Shown here piece after piece: positions 54,324 through 61,870 of a stretch of DNA of 64,000 nt. Each line of letters opens with the position of its first letter. The stretch's first letter is position 1. Under the pieces are notes generated by a model. It worked only from the letters and a program-made list of their open reading frames with translations. It was not told the DNA's origin and did no database searches. The DNA comes from Bacteroidales bacterium UBA1184 (GTDB taxonomy: Bacteria > Bacteroidota > Bacteroidia > Bacteroidales > ML635J-15), in contig DBYO01000035.1 in NCBI GenBank assembly GCA_002310235.1, forward strand, positions 418-64,417, given 5' to 3'. Made by a program: the position numbers and the translations under genes.

Positions 54324-55268
54324 ATGAAGCAAGTTGAGATAACCCACGCAAAGAACGGATTCGGCAAAGCCCTGGCCGACCTTGCCGACACCGACAAGCG
54401 AATCGTATGCCTCGGACTCGACATTACCAATTCCGTCGGCATGAACTTTTTCAAGGAACGCCATCCCGAAAGGTTCTTCTCGATGGGTATTGCAGAGCAG
54501 AACGCCGCAGCCACGGCAGCAGGACTTGCATTGTCGGGCAAGATTCCGGCATTTTCGACCTACGCGGTATTCTCAGCTTTGCGTAGCATCGACCAGATAA
54601 GAGTTTCGGTATGCTACAACAACCTTCATGTAATCATCGGCGGTGCACATGCTGGCATATCAGTTGGTCCCGACGGCGCAACACATCAGGCTCTCGAAGA
54701 CCTTGCCATAATGCGCGCGATGCCAAACATGACAGTCCTCAGTCCCTGCGACGAGAACCAGACCTACCTTGCCACAGTTGCTGCCGTAAAGCAGTTGAAC
54801 ACACCTTGTTACATCCGCTACGGACGCGAGGCTGTTCCGAACTTCACCGACAAGAACGACAAGTTTGAAATCGGCAAGGCTCAGTGGCTCAGGCACGGCA
54901 AGGATGTCGGACTGATAGCTACAGGTTCGATGATTTGGACAGCTCTAGAAACGGCAGAACGCCTTGAGGCAAACGGAATTTCAGCCGCCGTGATGAATAT
55001 TCATACGCTGAAGCCAATCGACAAGCAGGCCATTGTTGACATTGCCAACGAAACAGGCAGAATTGTCACCATCGAGGAGCACCAGATTACAGGCGGACTT
55101 GGTGGTGCAGTTGCCGAAGTCCTTGGCGAACACCGTCCTACACCTATTAAAATTATCGGTATGCCCGACTGCTTTGGTGAATCTGGCAAGCCGGCGGAAC
55201 TGCTACACAAGTTTGGTCTTGATGCAGAAGCCATTACAGCAAAGACATTGGAATTCATTCACAAATAA
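54324..55268 (+). CDS. Transketolase-family protein, C-terminal (pyrimidine-binding + C-domain) subunit
   Basis: The 314-aa ORF has FFSMGIAEQNAAATAAGLA, GPDGATHQALEDLAIMRAMPNM and IVTIEEH...GGLG. Confidence 0.88.
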   Translation: MKQVEITHAKNGFGKALADLADTDKRIVCLGLDITNSVGMNFFKERHPERFFSMGIAEQNAAATAAGLALSGKIPAFSTYAVFSALRSIDQIRVSVCYNNLHVIIGGAHAGISVGPDGATHQALEDLAIMRAMPNMTVLSPCDENQTYLATVAAVKQLNTPCYIRYGREAVPNFTDKNDKFEIGKAQWLRHGKDVGLIATGSMIWTALETAERLEANGISAAVMNIHTLKPIDKQAIVDIANETGRIVTIEEHQITGGLGGAVAEVLGEHRPTPIKIIGMPDCFGESGKPAELLHKFGLDAEAITAKTLEFIHK

Positions 55269-55278
55269 ACCGACGGCA

Positions 55279-55698
55279 ATGTGCAAGATAACAGTTAATA
55301 ACCTTGACGAGCTGCGCGATGCTGCCAAACGTTTCCTTGAAATAGTTGGAGATGCGAAGATTTTTGCATTCTATGGTGAAATGGGCGTAGGCAAAACAAC
55401 CTTCCTGAAGGAACTTTGCCGCGAAATGGAAGTCGAGGACGAAATCACCAGCCCCACCTTTGCCATCGTAAACGAATACTACTCAAAGAAATACGGACAG
55501 ATTTTCCATTTCGACTTCTACCGCATCGACGACCTACGCGAGGTTTACGACATGGGCTTCGAGGAGTACCTTGAAAGCGGAGCATACATATTTATGGAAT
55601 GGTCGGAAAAAATAGATCACATCCTACCCGACGGTATAGCTAAAGTCTATATTACGCAGGATGACAAGCAGGTCAGAACCATACGAATAAAAAAATAG
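55279..55698 (+). CDS. tsaE: tRNA t6A37 biosynthesis ATPase TsaE
   Basis: The real start is the ATG at 55279 (MCKITVNNLDEL...). The P-loop reads FYGEMGVGKTTF, followed by SPTFAIVNEY, HFDFYR and EW. The longer track ORF 55033.. overlaps the transketolase gene. Confidence 0.9.
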   Translation: MCKITVNNLDELRDAAKRFLEIVGDAKIFAFYGEMGVGKTTFLKELCREMEVEDEITSPTFAIVNEYYSKKYGQIFHFDFYRIDDLREVYDMGFEEYLESGAYIFMEWSEKIDHILPDGIAKVYITQDDKQVRTIRIKK

Positions 55699-55729
55699 TA
55701 AAGAATAATTTTCCTATCGAAAAAAATTG

Positions 55730-55737
55730 TATCTTTG
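55730..55737 (+). promoter_or_regulatory. -7 box (TAtcTTTG) upstream of tRNA-Leu
   Basis: tatctttg ends 11 nt upstream of the tRNA 5' end. Confidence 0.5.
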
Positions 55738-55748
55738 CGCCGCAATTC

Positions 55749-55830
55749 GCGGATGTGGCGTAATTGGTAGCCGCGCTAGACTTAGGATCTAGTGCCGAAA
55801 GGCGTGGGGGTTCGAGTCCCTTCATCCGTA
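55749..55830 (+). tRNA. tRNA-Leu (anticodon TAG), type II
   Basis: GCGGATGTGGCGTAATTGGTAGCCGCGCTAGACTTAGGATCTAGTGCCGAAAGGCGTGGGGGTTCGAGTCCCTTCATCCGTA. The anticodon loop is CTTAGGA. Confidence 0.9.
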
Positions 55831-55836
55831 CAACCG

Positions 55837-55865
55837 ACCGCATGACATTTTTAGTGCGGTTTTTT
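55837..55865 (+). terminator. Terminator-like hairpin after tRNA-Leu
   Basis: The sequence is accgca-N12-tgcggt followed by ttttt. Confidence 0.6.
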
Positions 55866-55912
55866 AGATTATATGATTTTGTAATTTAGTAATTTTTCAA
55901 AAAAACGACCTA

Positions 55913-57259
55913 ATGGAAGTTGTAAAAAACCAAATTGACGATTTAAACCTTACGCTGAATATCACCGTAAGCAAGGAAGACATTGAAGAAAGCGTAGAAA
56001 AGACCTTGAAAGCTTATCGCCAGAAAGCAGAAATCAAAGGTTTCAGAAAAGGTAACGCCCCGATGGGACTGATTAGAAAAATGTACGCTCAGGCAGTATT
56101 GGCTGACGAACTCAACAAGTTCGTAGGAAAGACCCTCAGCGAATACATCGAAAATGAAAAGCTTAACATCCTCGGCGAACCTCTGCCAAACGAAGGCACA
56201 AAGACCATCGACCTCGCAAAGGACGAAAAGTTCGAATTTGCATTCGACCTCGGTATAGCTCCCGAATTCGAAATAAAGCTTTCGAAGAGAGACAAGCTCA
56301 ACAAGTACATCGTTAAGGCTGAAGACAAGGACGTTGAAAAGTACATCGAAAACTACAGAAGCCAGTACGGAAAGTACGAGGACGTTAAGAAGGCAACTGC
56401 AAAGTCGCTCCTTACCGGCAGTTTGACACAGATTGCTGAAGACGGTTCGGAAATCGAAGGCGGCATCAAGAATGAAGAGGCTAGCCTCGCTATCGAATTC
56501 ATAAAGGACGCTAAGATTAAGAAGCAGTTCACTGGCGCTACAGTTGATACTATCATCGACTTCGACATCAAGAAGGCATTCGAAGAAGAAGGCAAGATTG
56601 CAGTTATGCTCAAGGCTAAGAAGGAAGAAGTTGCCAATATGACACCTAACTTCCGCCTCGTAGTTAAGACAGTAAAAGAATACAAGCAGGCTGCAGTTAA
56701 CCAGGAATTGTTCGACAAGTGCTTCGGCAAGGACGTTGTAAAGACCGAAGAAGAATTCCGTACCCGCATCGCCGAAGACATCACCGCTTCGTTCAAGCGC
56801 GAAAGCAAGTACAAGATGATGCTCGACATCAAGGAAAAGCTCCTCAAGAAACTCGACCTCAAGCTTCCGGAAGAATTCTTGAAACGTTGGGTTAAGGTTA
56901 CAAACGAAAAGCTCACTCAGGAAGAAATCGATAACGAATTCCCGAAGTTCCTCGATGACCTCCGCTGGACTCTCATCAAGACCAAGACCGCTAAGGATCA
57001 CGACATAAAGGTTGAGAAGGAAGAACTCGAAAAGGCTGCACAGGAAATGGTTGCCGCTCAGTTCGCTCAGTACGGAATGGCTTATATTCCGAACGAATAC
57101 GTAGAAAAGTATGCTAAGGAACTTCTCCAGAAGGAAGACGAAGTTCGCCGCATCTACGAACACGAACTCGAAGACAAGGTTGTTGATTTCCTCGCAGAAC
57201 AGGTTAAGCTCGAAGACAGCGAAATCACTATCGACGAATTCATGAAGTTGTTCAAGTAA
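55913..57259 (+). CDS. tig: Trigger factor
   Basis: The 448-aa ORF has the N-terminal ribosome-binding region with GFRKGNAPMGLIRKMY. It is a K/E-rich three-domain protein. Confidence 0.92.
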   Translation: MEVVKNQIDDLNLTLNITVSKEDIEESVEKTLKAYRQKAEIKGFRKGNAPMGLIRKMYAQAVLADELNKFVGKTLSEYIENEKLNILGEPLPNEGTKTIDLAKDEKFEFAFDLGIAPEFEIKLSKRDKLNKYIVKAEDKDVEKYIENYRSQYGKYEDVKKATAKSLLTGSLTQIAEDGSEIEGGIKNEEASLAIEFIKDAKIKKQFTGATVDTIIDFDIKKAFEEEGKIAVMLKAKKEEVANMTPNFRLVVKTVKEYKQAAVNQELFDKCFGKDVVKTEEEFRTRIAEDITASFKRESKYKMMLDIKEKLLKKLDLKLPEEFLKRWVKVTNEKLTQEEIDNEFPKFLDDLRWTLIKTKTAKDHDIKVEKEELEKAAQEMVAAQFAQYGMAYIPNEYVEKYAKELLQKEDEVRRIYEHELEDKVVDFLAEQVKLEDSEITIDEFMKLFK

Positions 57260-57278
57260 ACTTCAAAAACCATACAAC

Positions 57279-57308
57279 AAAAAAAGGTCTCCATTCGAGA
57301 CCTTTTTT
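57279..57308. terminator. Bidirectional rho-independent terminator between tig and hsdM
   Basis: The sequence is aaaaaaaggtctc-cattc-gagacctttttt. Confidence 0.85.
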
Positions 57309-57330
57309 ATTTTTTATACGTTGATTCTTT

Positions 57331-58842
57331 TTATTTGCCCAAATCCTCAATTATATTCTTAAAGCATTTCAAACTGCTTTCGATATTTTCAACAATGTCG
57401 GCGGCAATTTCCTCAGGCTCGGGAAGATTGTCGAGATCGGTAAGGCTCTTGTCCTTTATCCAGAATATGTCGAGGTTGGTTTTGTCGCGGGCAACAATCT
57501 CATCGTAAGTGAACTTGCGCCAACGTCCTTCGGGATTTTCCTCGCTCCAAGTTTCGGTACGCAGATTGCGATTTTCGGGATTATAGCACTTGATAAAATC
57601 GGACAAATCCTCGAATGTGAGCGGTGACTTCTTGAGCGTGTGGTGAATGTTGGTGCGGTAGTCGTAAATCCAAATGTTCCTGGTCTGCACTTCCTTGCTT
57701 GCAGGACGATTGTCGAAGAAAAGCACATTTGCCTTTACTCCGTTTGCATAGAAAATACCGGTAGGCAGACGAAGAATAGTGTGCAGTTCGGTGGTTTTCA
57801 TCAGTTGCTTGCGAATCTCCTCGCCTGCTCCTCCTTCGAAAAGTACATTGTCGGGCAACACGACAGCCGCCTGACCGTTGATTTTCAACAAAGTTTTGAT
57901 ATGCTGAAGGAAATTCAACTGCTTGTTGGAAGTGGTTTCCCAGAAATCCTGACGGTTGTAACTCAAATCCTCCTTCTCCACTTCGCCGTCCTCGTTGGTA
58001 ATGGTAATGCTGCTCTTTTTTCCGAAAGGCGGATTTGTGAGCACATAGTCGTAGCGGTTGCCTGTGTCGGACACAAGTGCATCGTTGGGCGAAATGAAAT
58101 CCTCGCTGTCGAGTTCGCCAATGTTGTGCAGATAAAGATTCATCAGGCACAGACGGCGCGTGTTGGCCACAATCTCGTTGCCGAAGAAGGTCTTTTTCTT
58201 CAGAAACAGTTTCTGGTCTTTGTTGAGCGGCTGACCTGCAATATAATCGTAGGCGGCAAGGAAGAAACCACCCGTTCCGCAGGCTGGGTCAATTATGGTC
58301 TTTTCTGGTTTCGGACGCACGCACTCCACCATTGCACGAATCAACGCACGGGGCGTAAAATACTGACCAGCACCGCTTTTGGTGTCTTCGGCATTCTTTT
58401 CGAGCAAGCCCTCGTATATCTTGCCTTTCACGTCAGAACCCATCAGCGACCAGTTTTCTCGGTTAATCATCTCGATTACGCGAAGCAGTTTGGCAGGATC
58501 CTGAATCTTGTTCTGGCTCTTAGTGTAGATTTGCCCCAACATTCCTTTCTCCGTGCCAAGGCTGCGAAGCATCTGCACATAGTAGGCCTCCAATTCGGCA
58601 CCGCGCTTGCTTGTGAGAGTTTCCCAGTCGCACATTTCACCGCCGGGGATTTCCTTTCCTTCGGCATCCTTTAGGCGCGGAAACTTCAACCCCTTGTTGT
58701 AAGGCGGTTTGTTCATCTCGTCGGCCATCTTCAAAAAGAGCAGATAGGTAATTTGCTCCAAATAGTCGCCGTAACTTACGCCATCGTCGCGAAGGACATT
58801 GGCCATATTCCAGATTTTCGATATTATTGTTGATTCGGTCAT
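57331..58842 (-). CDS. hsdM: Type I restriction-modification system, DNA methyltransferase subunit HsdM
   Basis: It has the HsdM N-domain (LRDDGVSYGDYLEQITYLLFLKMADE), the SAM motif IIDPACGTGGF and the catalytic motif NPPFG. I prefer the ATG at 58842 (MTESTII...) over the track's TTG at 58863. Confidence 0.93.
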   Translation of the reverse strand: MTESTIISKIWNMANVLRDDGVSYGDYLEQITYLLFLKMADEMNKPPYNKGLKFPRLKDAEGKEIPGGEMCDWETLTSKRGAELEAYYVQMLRSLGTEKGMLGQIYTKSQNKIQDPAKLLRVIEMINRENWSLMGSDVKGKIYEGLLEKNAEDTKSGAGQYFTPRALIRAMVECVRPKPEKTIIDPACGTGGFFLAAYDYIAGQPLNKDQKLFLKKKTFFGNEIVANTRRLCLMNLYLHNIGELDSEDFISPNDALVSDTGNRYDYVLTNPPFGKKSSITITNEDGEVEKEDLSYNRQDFWETTSNKQLNFLQHIKTLLKINGQAAVVLPDNVLFEGGAGEEIRKQLMKTTELHTILRLPTGIFYANGVKANVLFFDNRPASKEVQTRNIWIYDYRTNIHHTLKKSPLTFEDLSDFIKCYNPENRNLRTETWSEENPEGRWRKFTYDEIVARDKTNLDIFWIKDKSLTDLDNLPEPEEIAADIVENIESSLKCFKNIIEDLGK

Positions 58843-58863
58843 AAACTTCTCATTAATATACAA

Positions 58864-59568
58864 CTATAATCCATAATAGTATTTTATGGCGATACCTATG
58901 AATATCGCTATGGAAAAACTTAGTAATGTACCTATCAATACATATTCTGACTTGGCTTTATCGCCTTCGGCAAAACGCAAAATTGATTTCGCAGCTATGA
59001 TAAATCCAACAGCTTCATATTGTCCTAATAATATAAATGTAAACGCGAGTAACCTCTCTACTATTCCTATCAATTTTCCTGCATTAGGCAAATCATCCCC
59101 ACATTCTTCTTCCGTCCCTTTTGACACCTTTATATTTACCGCCTTAAAAATCTCCTTAATTATTATGTTAGACGGCTTTATGCAAACAAGGACACCCAAC
59201 AGTAATGCCAAATGCATTTCCTCCACACAACACAACCAATTAGGCAAATTACAATTCCACAGATAACAAACTGCCACAATGACCATCAAATGTATCAACT
59301 GGTCAATAAAGAAAATGCCCTTACACTTGGACGCATAACATTTCATTGCATCGACAAGCAAATGAGAAACCGCTATGATTAATGCAACCCACCAAAAACC
59401 GAATGAAAATGAGAACAGCCAAGCGCACAAAAAGGTTATAAGAACATGTATATAAAGTTTCGGCGACCTAAAACCTCTTTTTCCTTTGTCTGCGCACGAT
59501 TTATCTGTCTGTAAATAGAAATCACTAATTGTGTGGGCAATTATTTGTAATAATAAAAACCGTATCAT
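58864..59568 (-). CDS. DUF3307-like polytopic membrane protein
   Basis: The 234-aa ORF has at least 5 hydrophobic segments and polar motifs AHTISDFYLQ, VSHLLVDAMK and FIDQLIHL. It starts 2 nt after the SatD-like stop and ends 21 nt before the hsdM ATG. The family name is from memory. Confidence 0.6.
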   Translation of the reverse strand: MIRFLLLQIIAHTISDFYLQTDKSCADKGKRGFRSPKLYIHVLITFLCAWLFSFSFGFWWVALIIAVSHLLVDAMKCYASKCKGIFFIDQLIHLMVIVAVCYLWNCNLPNWLCCVEEMHLALLLGVLVCIKPSNIIIKEIFKAVNIKVSKGTEEECGDDLPNAGKLIGIVERLLAFTFILLGQYEAVGFIIAAKSILRFAEGDKAKSEYVLIGTLLSFSIAIFIGIAIKYYYGL

Positions 59569-59570
59569 AA

Positions 59571-60263
59571 CTAAAAGTTTATTTGTTCGTAATACTTCAG
59601 CAACTGCTCAACAGCATTCCAACCAAACAATGTCGAATGCTGATTTACAGCAGATTGATTAATACCCAATTTTTCGGATATTTCGTTCTCGTTTTTTCCT
59701 AACAGACGATAATATATGACTTCACATTGACGCTCCGTTGCTCGCTTAAACAATACATCCAACAAACCCAAATAAGCATTTATCTGTTGTGTCAATTTAC
59801 AATTCGAAGACTCGAAAAACAATGTATTTTTTATCACTACTTTTGATTTGTTCGAAGTTCGCTGGCGTTCTATTGCCCTTCCCGAAGCATATATGGCCTC
59901 GCCATCCAACATATTTGTCTGCTTATCGGCAATACGCATTTCACCAACGGCAATGGCTATTCTAACACCATATGTCTTAAACATATTTAAACGCCTCTTG
60001 TCTACATTTTGATCTGCACATTCTGTGTCAACCTTAAATTTTTTTATCATCGTTTTTAAAAGCAAGGCTATACGCAATGAGTTTTGTGGATTTCCCATAT
60101 AAATTTCCACGCTATCACCTTTGCTTAATCGGCCCCATGTATCTTCGTATTCTTTTTCTATTTGCTCAACAAAGACCCCTATCTCGTTCTGCAATTGACT
60201 TAAAGCACAAGGTGTCAGTTCTGTAGAAGATACTATGTCCGCTGAAATTGTAGCTCTATTCAT
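59571..60263 (-). CDS. SatD-like protein: N-terminal class III nucleotidyl-cyclase-like domain + C-terminal sigma-70 region 4/LuxR-like HTH
   Basis: The 230-aa ORF has the ordered motifs ISADIVSSTEL, GDSVEIYMGNPQNSLRIALLL, VRIAIAVGEM and GEAIYASGRAIE. Its C-terminus reads ERQCEVIYYRLLGKNENEISEKLGINQSAVNQH. The family and fold calls are by eye. Confidence 0.6.
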   Translation of the reverse strand: MNRATISADIVSSTELTPCALSQLQNEIGVFVEQIEKEYEDTWGRLSKGDSVEIYMGNPQNSLRIALLLKTMIKKFKVDTECADQNVDKRRLNMFKTYGVRIAIAVGEMRIADKQTNMLDGEAIYASGRAIERQRTSNKSKVVIKNTLFFESSNCKLTQQINAYLGLLDVLFKRATERQCEVIYYRLLGKNENEISEKLGINQSAVNQHSTLFGWNAVEQLLKYYEQINF

Positions 60264-60279
60264 AAATTTTATTTTTTTG

Positions 60280-60287
60280 CAAAGATA
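60280..60287 (-). promoter_or_regulatory. -7 box (TAtcTTTG) for the satD-like/DUF3307/hsdM operon
   Basis: The reverse complement of caaagata is tatctttg, which ends 16 nt upstream of the ATG at 60263. Confidence 0.5.
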
Positions 60288-60294
60288 CTAAATT

Positions 60295-60374
60295 TTATAA
60301 GCCAAAAAACTTATAAACTGTATTTATAAGCCAAATAACTTATAAACCATATTTATAAGCCAAATAACTTATAA
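60295..60374. promoter_or_regulatory. Three phased palindromes TTATAAG-N8-CTTATAA (29-bp spacing): candidate operator array
   Basis: Left arms are at 60295, 60324 and 60353, and right arms at 60310, 60339 and 60368. The spacer is ccaaaaaa in copy 1 and ccaaataa in copies 2 and 3. The array sits immediately upstream of the -7 box. Confidence 0.7.
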
Positions 60375-60395
60375 ATCGTTTCAAAACAAAACTTA

Positions 60396-60530
60396 TTATT
60401 TTGTTTGTAACAACCAGTCTATCACATTGATTTTCTGTAAACCATCAACTACGCTTCCATCGAAATCCAATGAAAGCAGATACTTTGGATTAGCATCACG
60501 AATACACTTTAATGACGAAATTTCCCATAT
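60396..60530 (-). pseudogene. Start-less 44-codon open frame with protein-like composition (possible gene remnant)
   Basis: The minus frame reads IWEISSLKCIRDANPKYLLSLDFDGSVVDGLQKINVIDWLLQTK*, bounded upstream by TGA, with no ATG or GTG start. Confidence 0.3.
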
Positions 60531-60600
60531 TCATTCGCAGAGCTCCAAATATGTATTTCTTTTTATCATACAATAAAAATTGTGATTGCAAATATACACA

Positions 60601-60642
60601 ATAATGACGAAAACTACAAAATTCAACAAATTTCGTCATTAT
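60601..60642 (-). terminator. 12-bp perfect hairpin downstream of hsdS
   Basis: The arms are ataatgacgaaa and tttcgtcattat with an 18-nt loop. There is no clean U-tract. A third aatgacgaaa copy lies at 60511-60520. Confidence 0.45.
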
Positions 60643-60664
60643 CGTATAGGTGACTTCGATAGAT

Positions 60665-61864
60665 TCAGCCACAATTTGCGGTCGTTGAACCTGTTAAGAC
60701 AACCAATTCCCCGCTAAATGCCTTTTTGAGTATGCTTTGTCTCAGTGCCTCGGTCTTTTGCAACGATTCGGTAATGCGTGCCTCGGCTGCCTCGGCCTGC
60801 GACAGGCGCGATTCTATCTCCTCAACTATGCGCTGCTGCTCGTAAAGAGAAGGAAAAGGTATTTCACAATTTCTTATAATTCCTTGGTTTAAATTACTCA
60901 TAGTTGTTCCATTACTTGAATTCTCAAAATATGAAACAATTTTCTGACTGCTCAATAAATGACACAAATAAGTCGCATTCAGCAATTTACCACCTCTAAT
61001 AAACAAACTACCTGTTCCGCACAGCATTCCATCCTCTTTTCTTGAAACCACTGCACACCTTCCCATCTCTCCTCTCCGACCTAATATAACATCATCTATT
61101 TGTAAATAATAATTAGACAACTCTTTGTATTTTTCCAATGATACAGTAAACGAATTATAAGGAAATATCTTTTTATTATTAATGTGCATCGGATTAATTA
61201 ATGGAATACCACCTTCAATATAGTCGGACTTATGTAATTGCGTACCAAATGGTCCTATTTGAATTTTCTCTGCCACTTCTCCCAACTTCACCGTTTCCCA
61301 TTTCCCATCATCATTGTTCAGCCAATGGTTTAGCACTGCCTGCCTGTATATTTTTAGTTGCTGCTGTGCGGTGCGCAAGTGCTCCACGGCTTTGTCGAGT
61401 TCGGCAAATAGGGATTCTATGCGGGAAACTATGAGACGCTGGGTGGGGGTGTCAACATCGGGAATTTCAAAATTCCACAACAAATTGGGTTCAATATGCG
61501 GTATTCCTACTCCTCTTGGATTGCTATTCAACACTTTGTATTTCGATTGAAGAAAATAAAACAAAAAATCGTTTGTGTATTTTTCACTGCTTATTTTCGC
61601 CAAAGTCGAACCTATTGCACCTTCAACACCTCTACCAACAAAACCACAACGTGCACCGTCCCAAACAATTAAAACATCGTCTGGCGTACAAAATGTGCAA
61701 TTCTCCCCATCGGTATAATTGTCTATAATACCTTTCTCAAAGGCTTTAATATCAACATACGGAATTGCAAAACCATTCGTCTTTTCTTTAGAAACGTTTT
61801 TGGGTTTCTTGCCTTTGATACTGTGGGCAATTTCTATGAGCTTATATTTATTTAACAATCTCAT
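60665..61864 (-). CDS. hsdS: Type I restriction-modification system, specificity subunit HsdS (two target-recognition domains)
   Basis: The 399-aa ORF has two AT-rich variable halves separated and followed by GC-richer conserved helices (QRLIVSRIESLFAELDKAVEHLRTAQQQLKIYRQAVL; EQQRIVEEIESRLSQAEAAE..LRQSILKKAFSGEL). Confidence 0.9.
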   Translation of the reverse strand: MRLLNKYKLIEIAHSIKGKKPKNVSKEKTNGFAIPYVDIKAFEKGIIDNYTDGENCTFCTPDDVLIVWDGARCGFVGRGVEGAIGSTLAKISSEKYTNDFLFYFLQSKYKVLNSNPRGVGIPHIEPNLLWNFEIPDVDTPTQRLIVSRIESLFAELDKAVEHLRTAQQQLKIYRQAVLNHWLNNDDGKWETVKLGEVAEKIQIGPFGTQLHKSDYIEGGIPLINPMHINNKKIFPYNSFTVSLEKYKELSNYYLQIDDVILGRRGEMGRCAVVSRKEDGMLCGTGSLFIRGGKLLNATYLCHLLSSQKIVSYFENSSNGTTMSNLNQGIIRNCEIPFPSLYEQQRIVEEIESRLSQAEAAEARITESLQKTEALRQSILKKAFSGELVVLTGSTTANCG

Positions 61865-61870
61865 TGTATA

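Noticed and set aside
53805-54464. 219-aa minus-strand ORF spanning the polyprenyl synthase / transketolase junction
   Set aside because: It is antisense to two genes with clear catalytic motifs, and its composition is typical of shadow ORFs.
55033-55278. Long version of the tsaE ORF (221 aa)
   Set aside because: The extra 82 codons overlap the 3' end of the transketolase gene in another frame. TsaE homology starts at the ATG at 55279.
55943-57163. 406-aa minus-strand ORF antisense to trigger factor
   Set aside because: It lies entirely inside tig. Its translation is F/L/V/E-rich and low in complexity, as expected from reading GAA/AAG-rich codons backwards. tig has clear family motifs.
57640-58674. 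344-aa + strand ORF antisense to hsdM (also 57581..58150 on the minus strand, out of frame)
   Set aside because: They lie inside a gene with unambiguous HsdM motifs, and I recognise no motifs in the alternatives.
60295-60374. The 29-bp-spaced repeats considered as a mini CRISPR array
   Set aside because: There are only three contiguous units. Nearly the whole unit is repeated, so there are no unique spacers. Each unit is an internal palindrome next to a promoter, and no cas genes are present.
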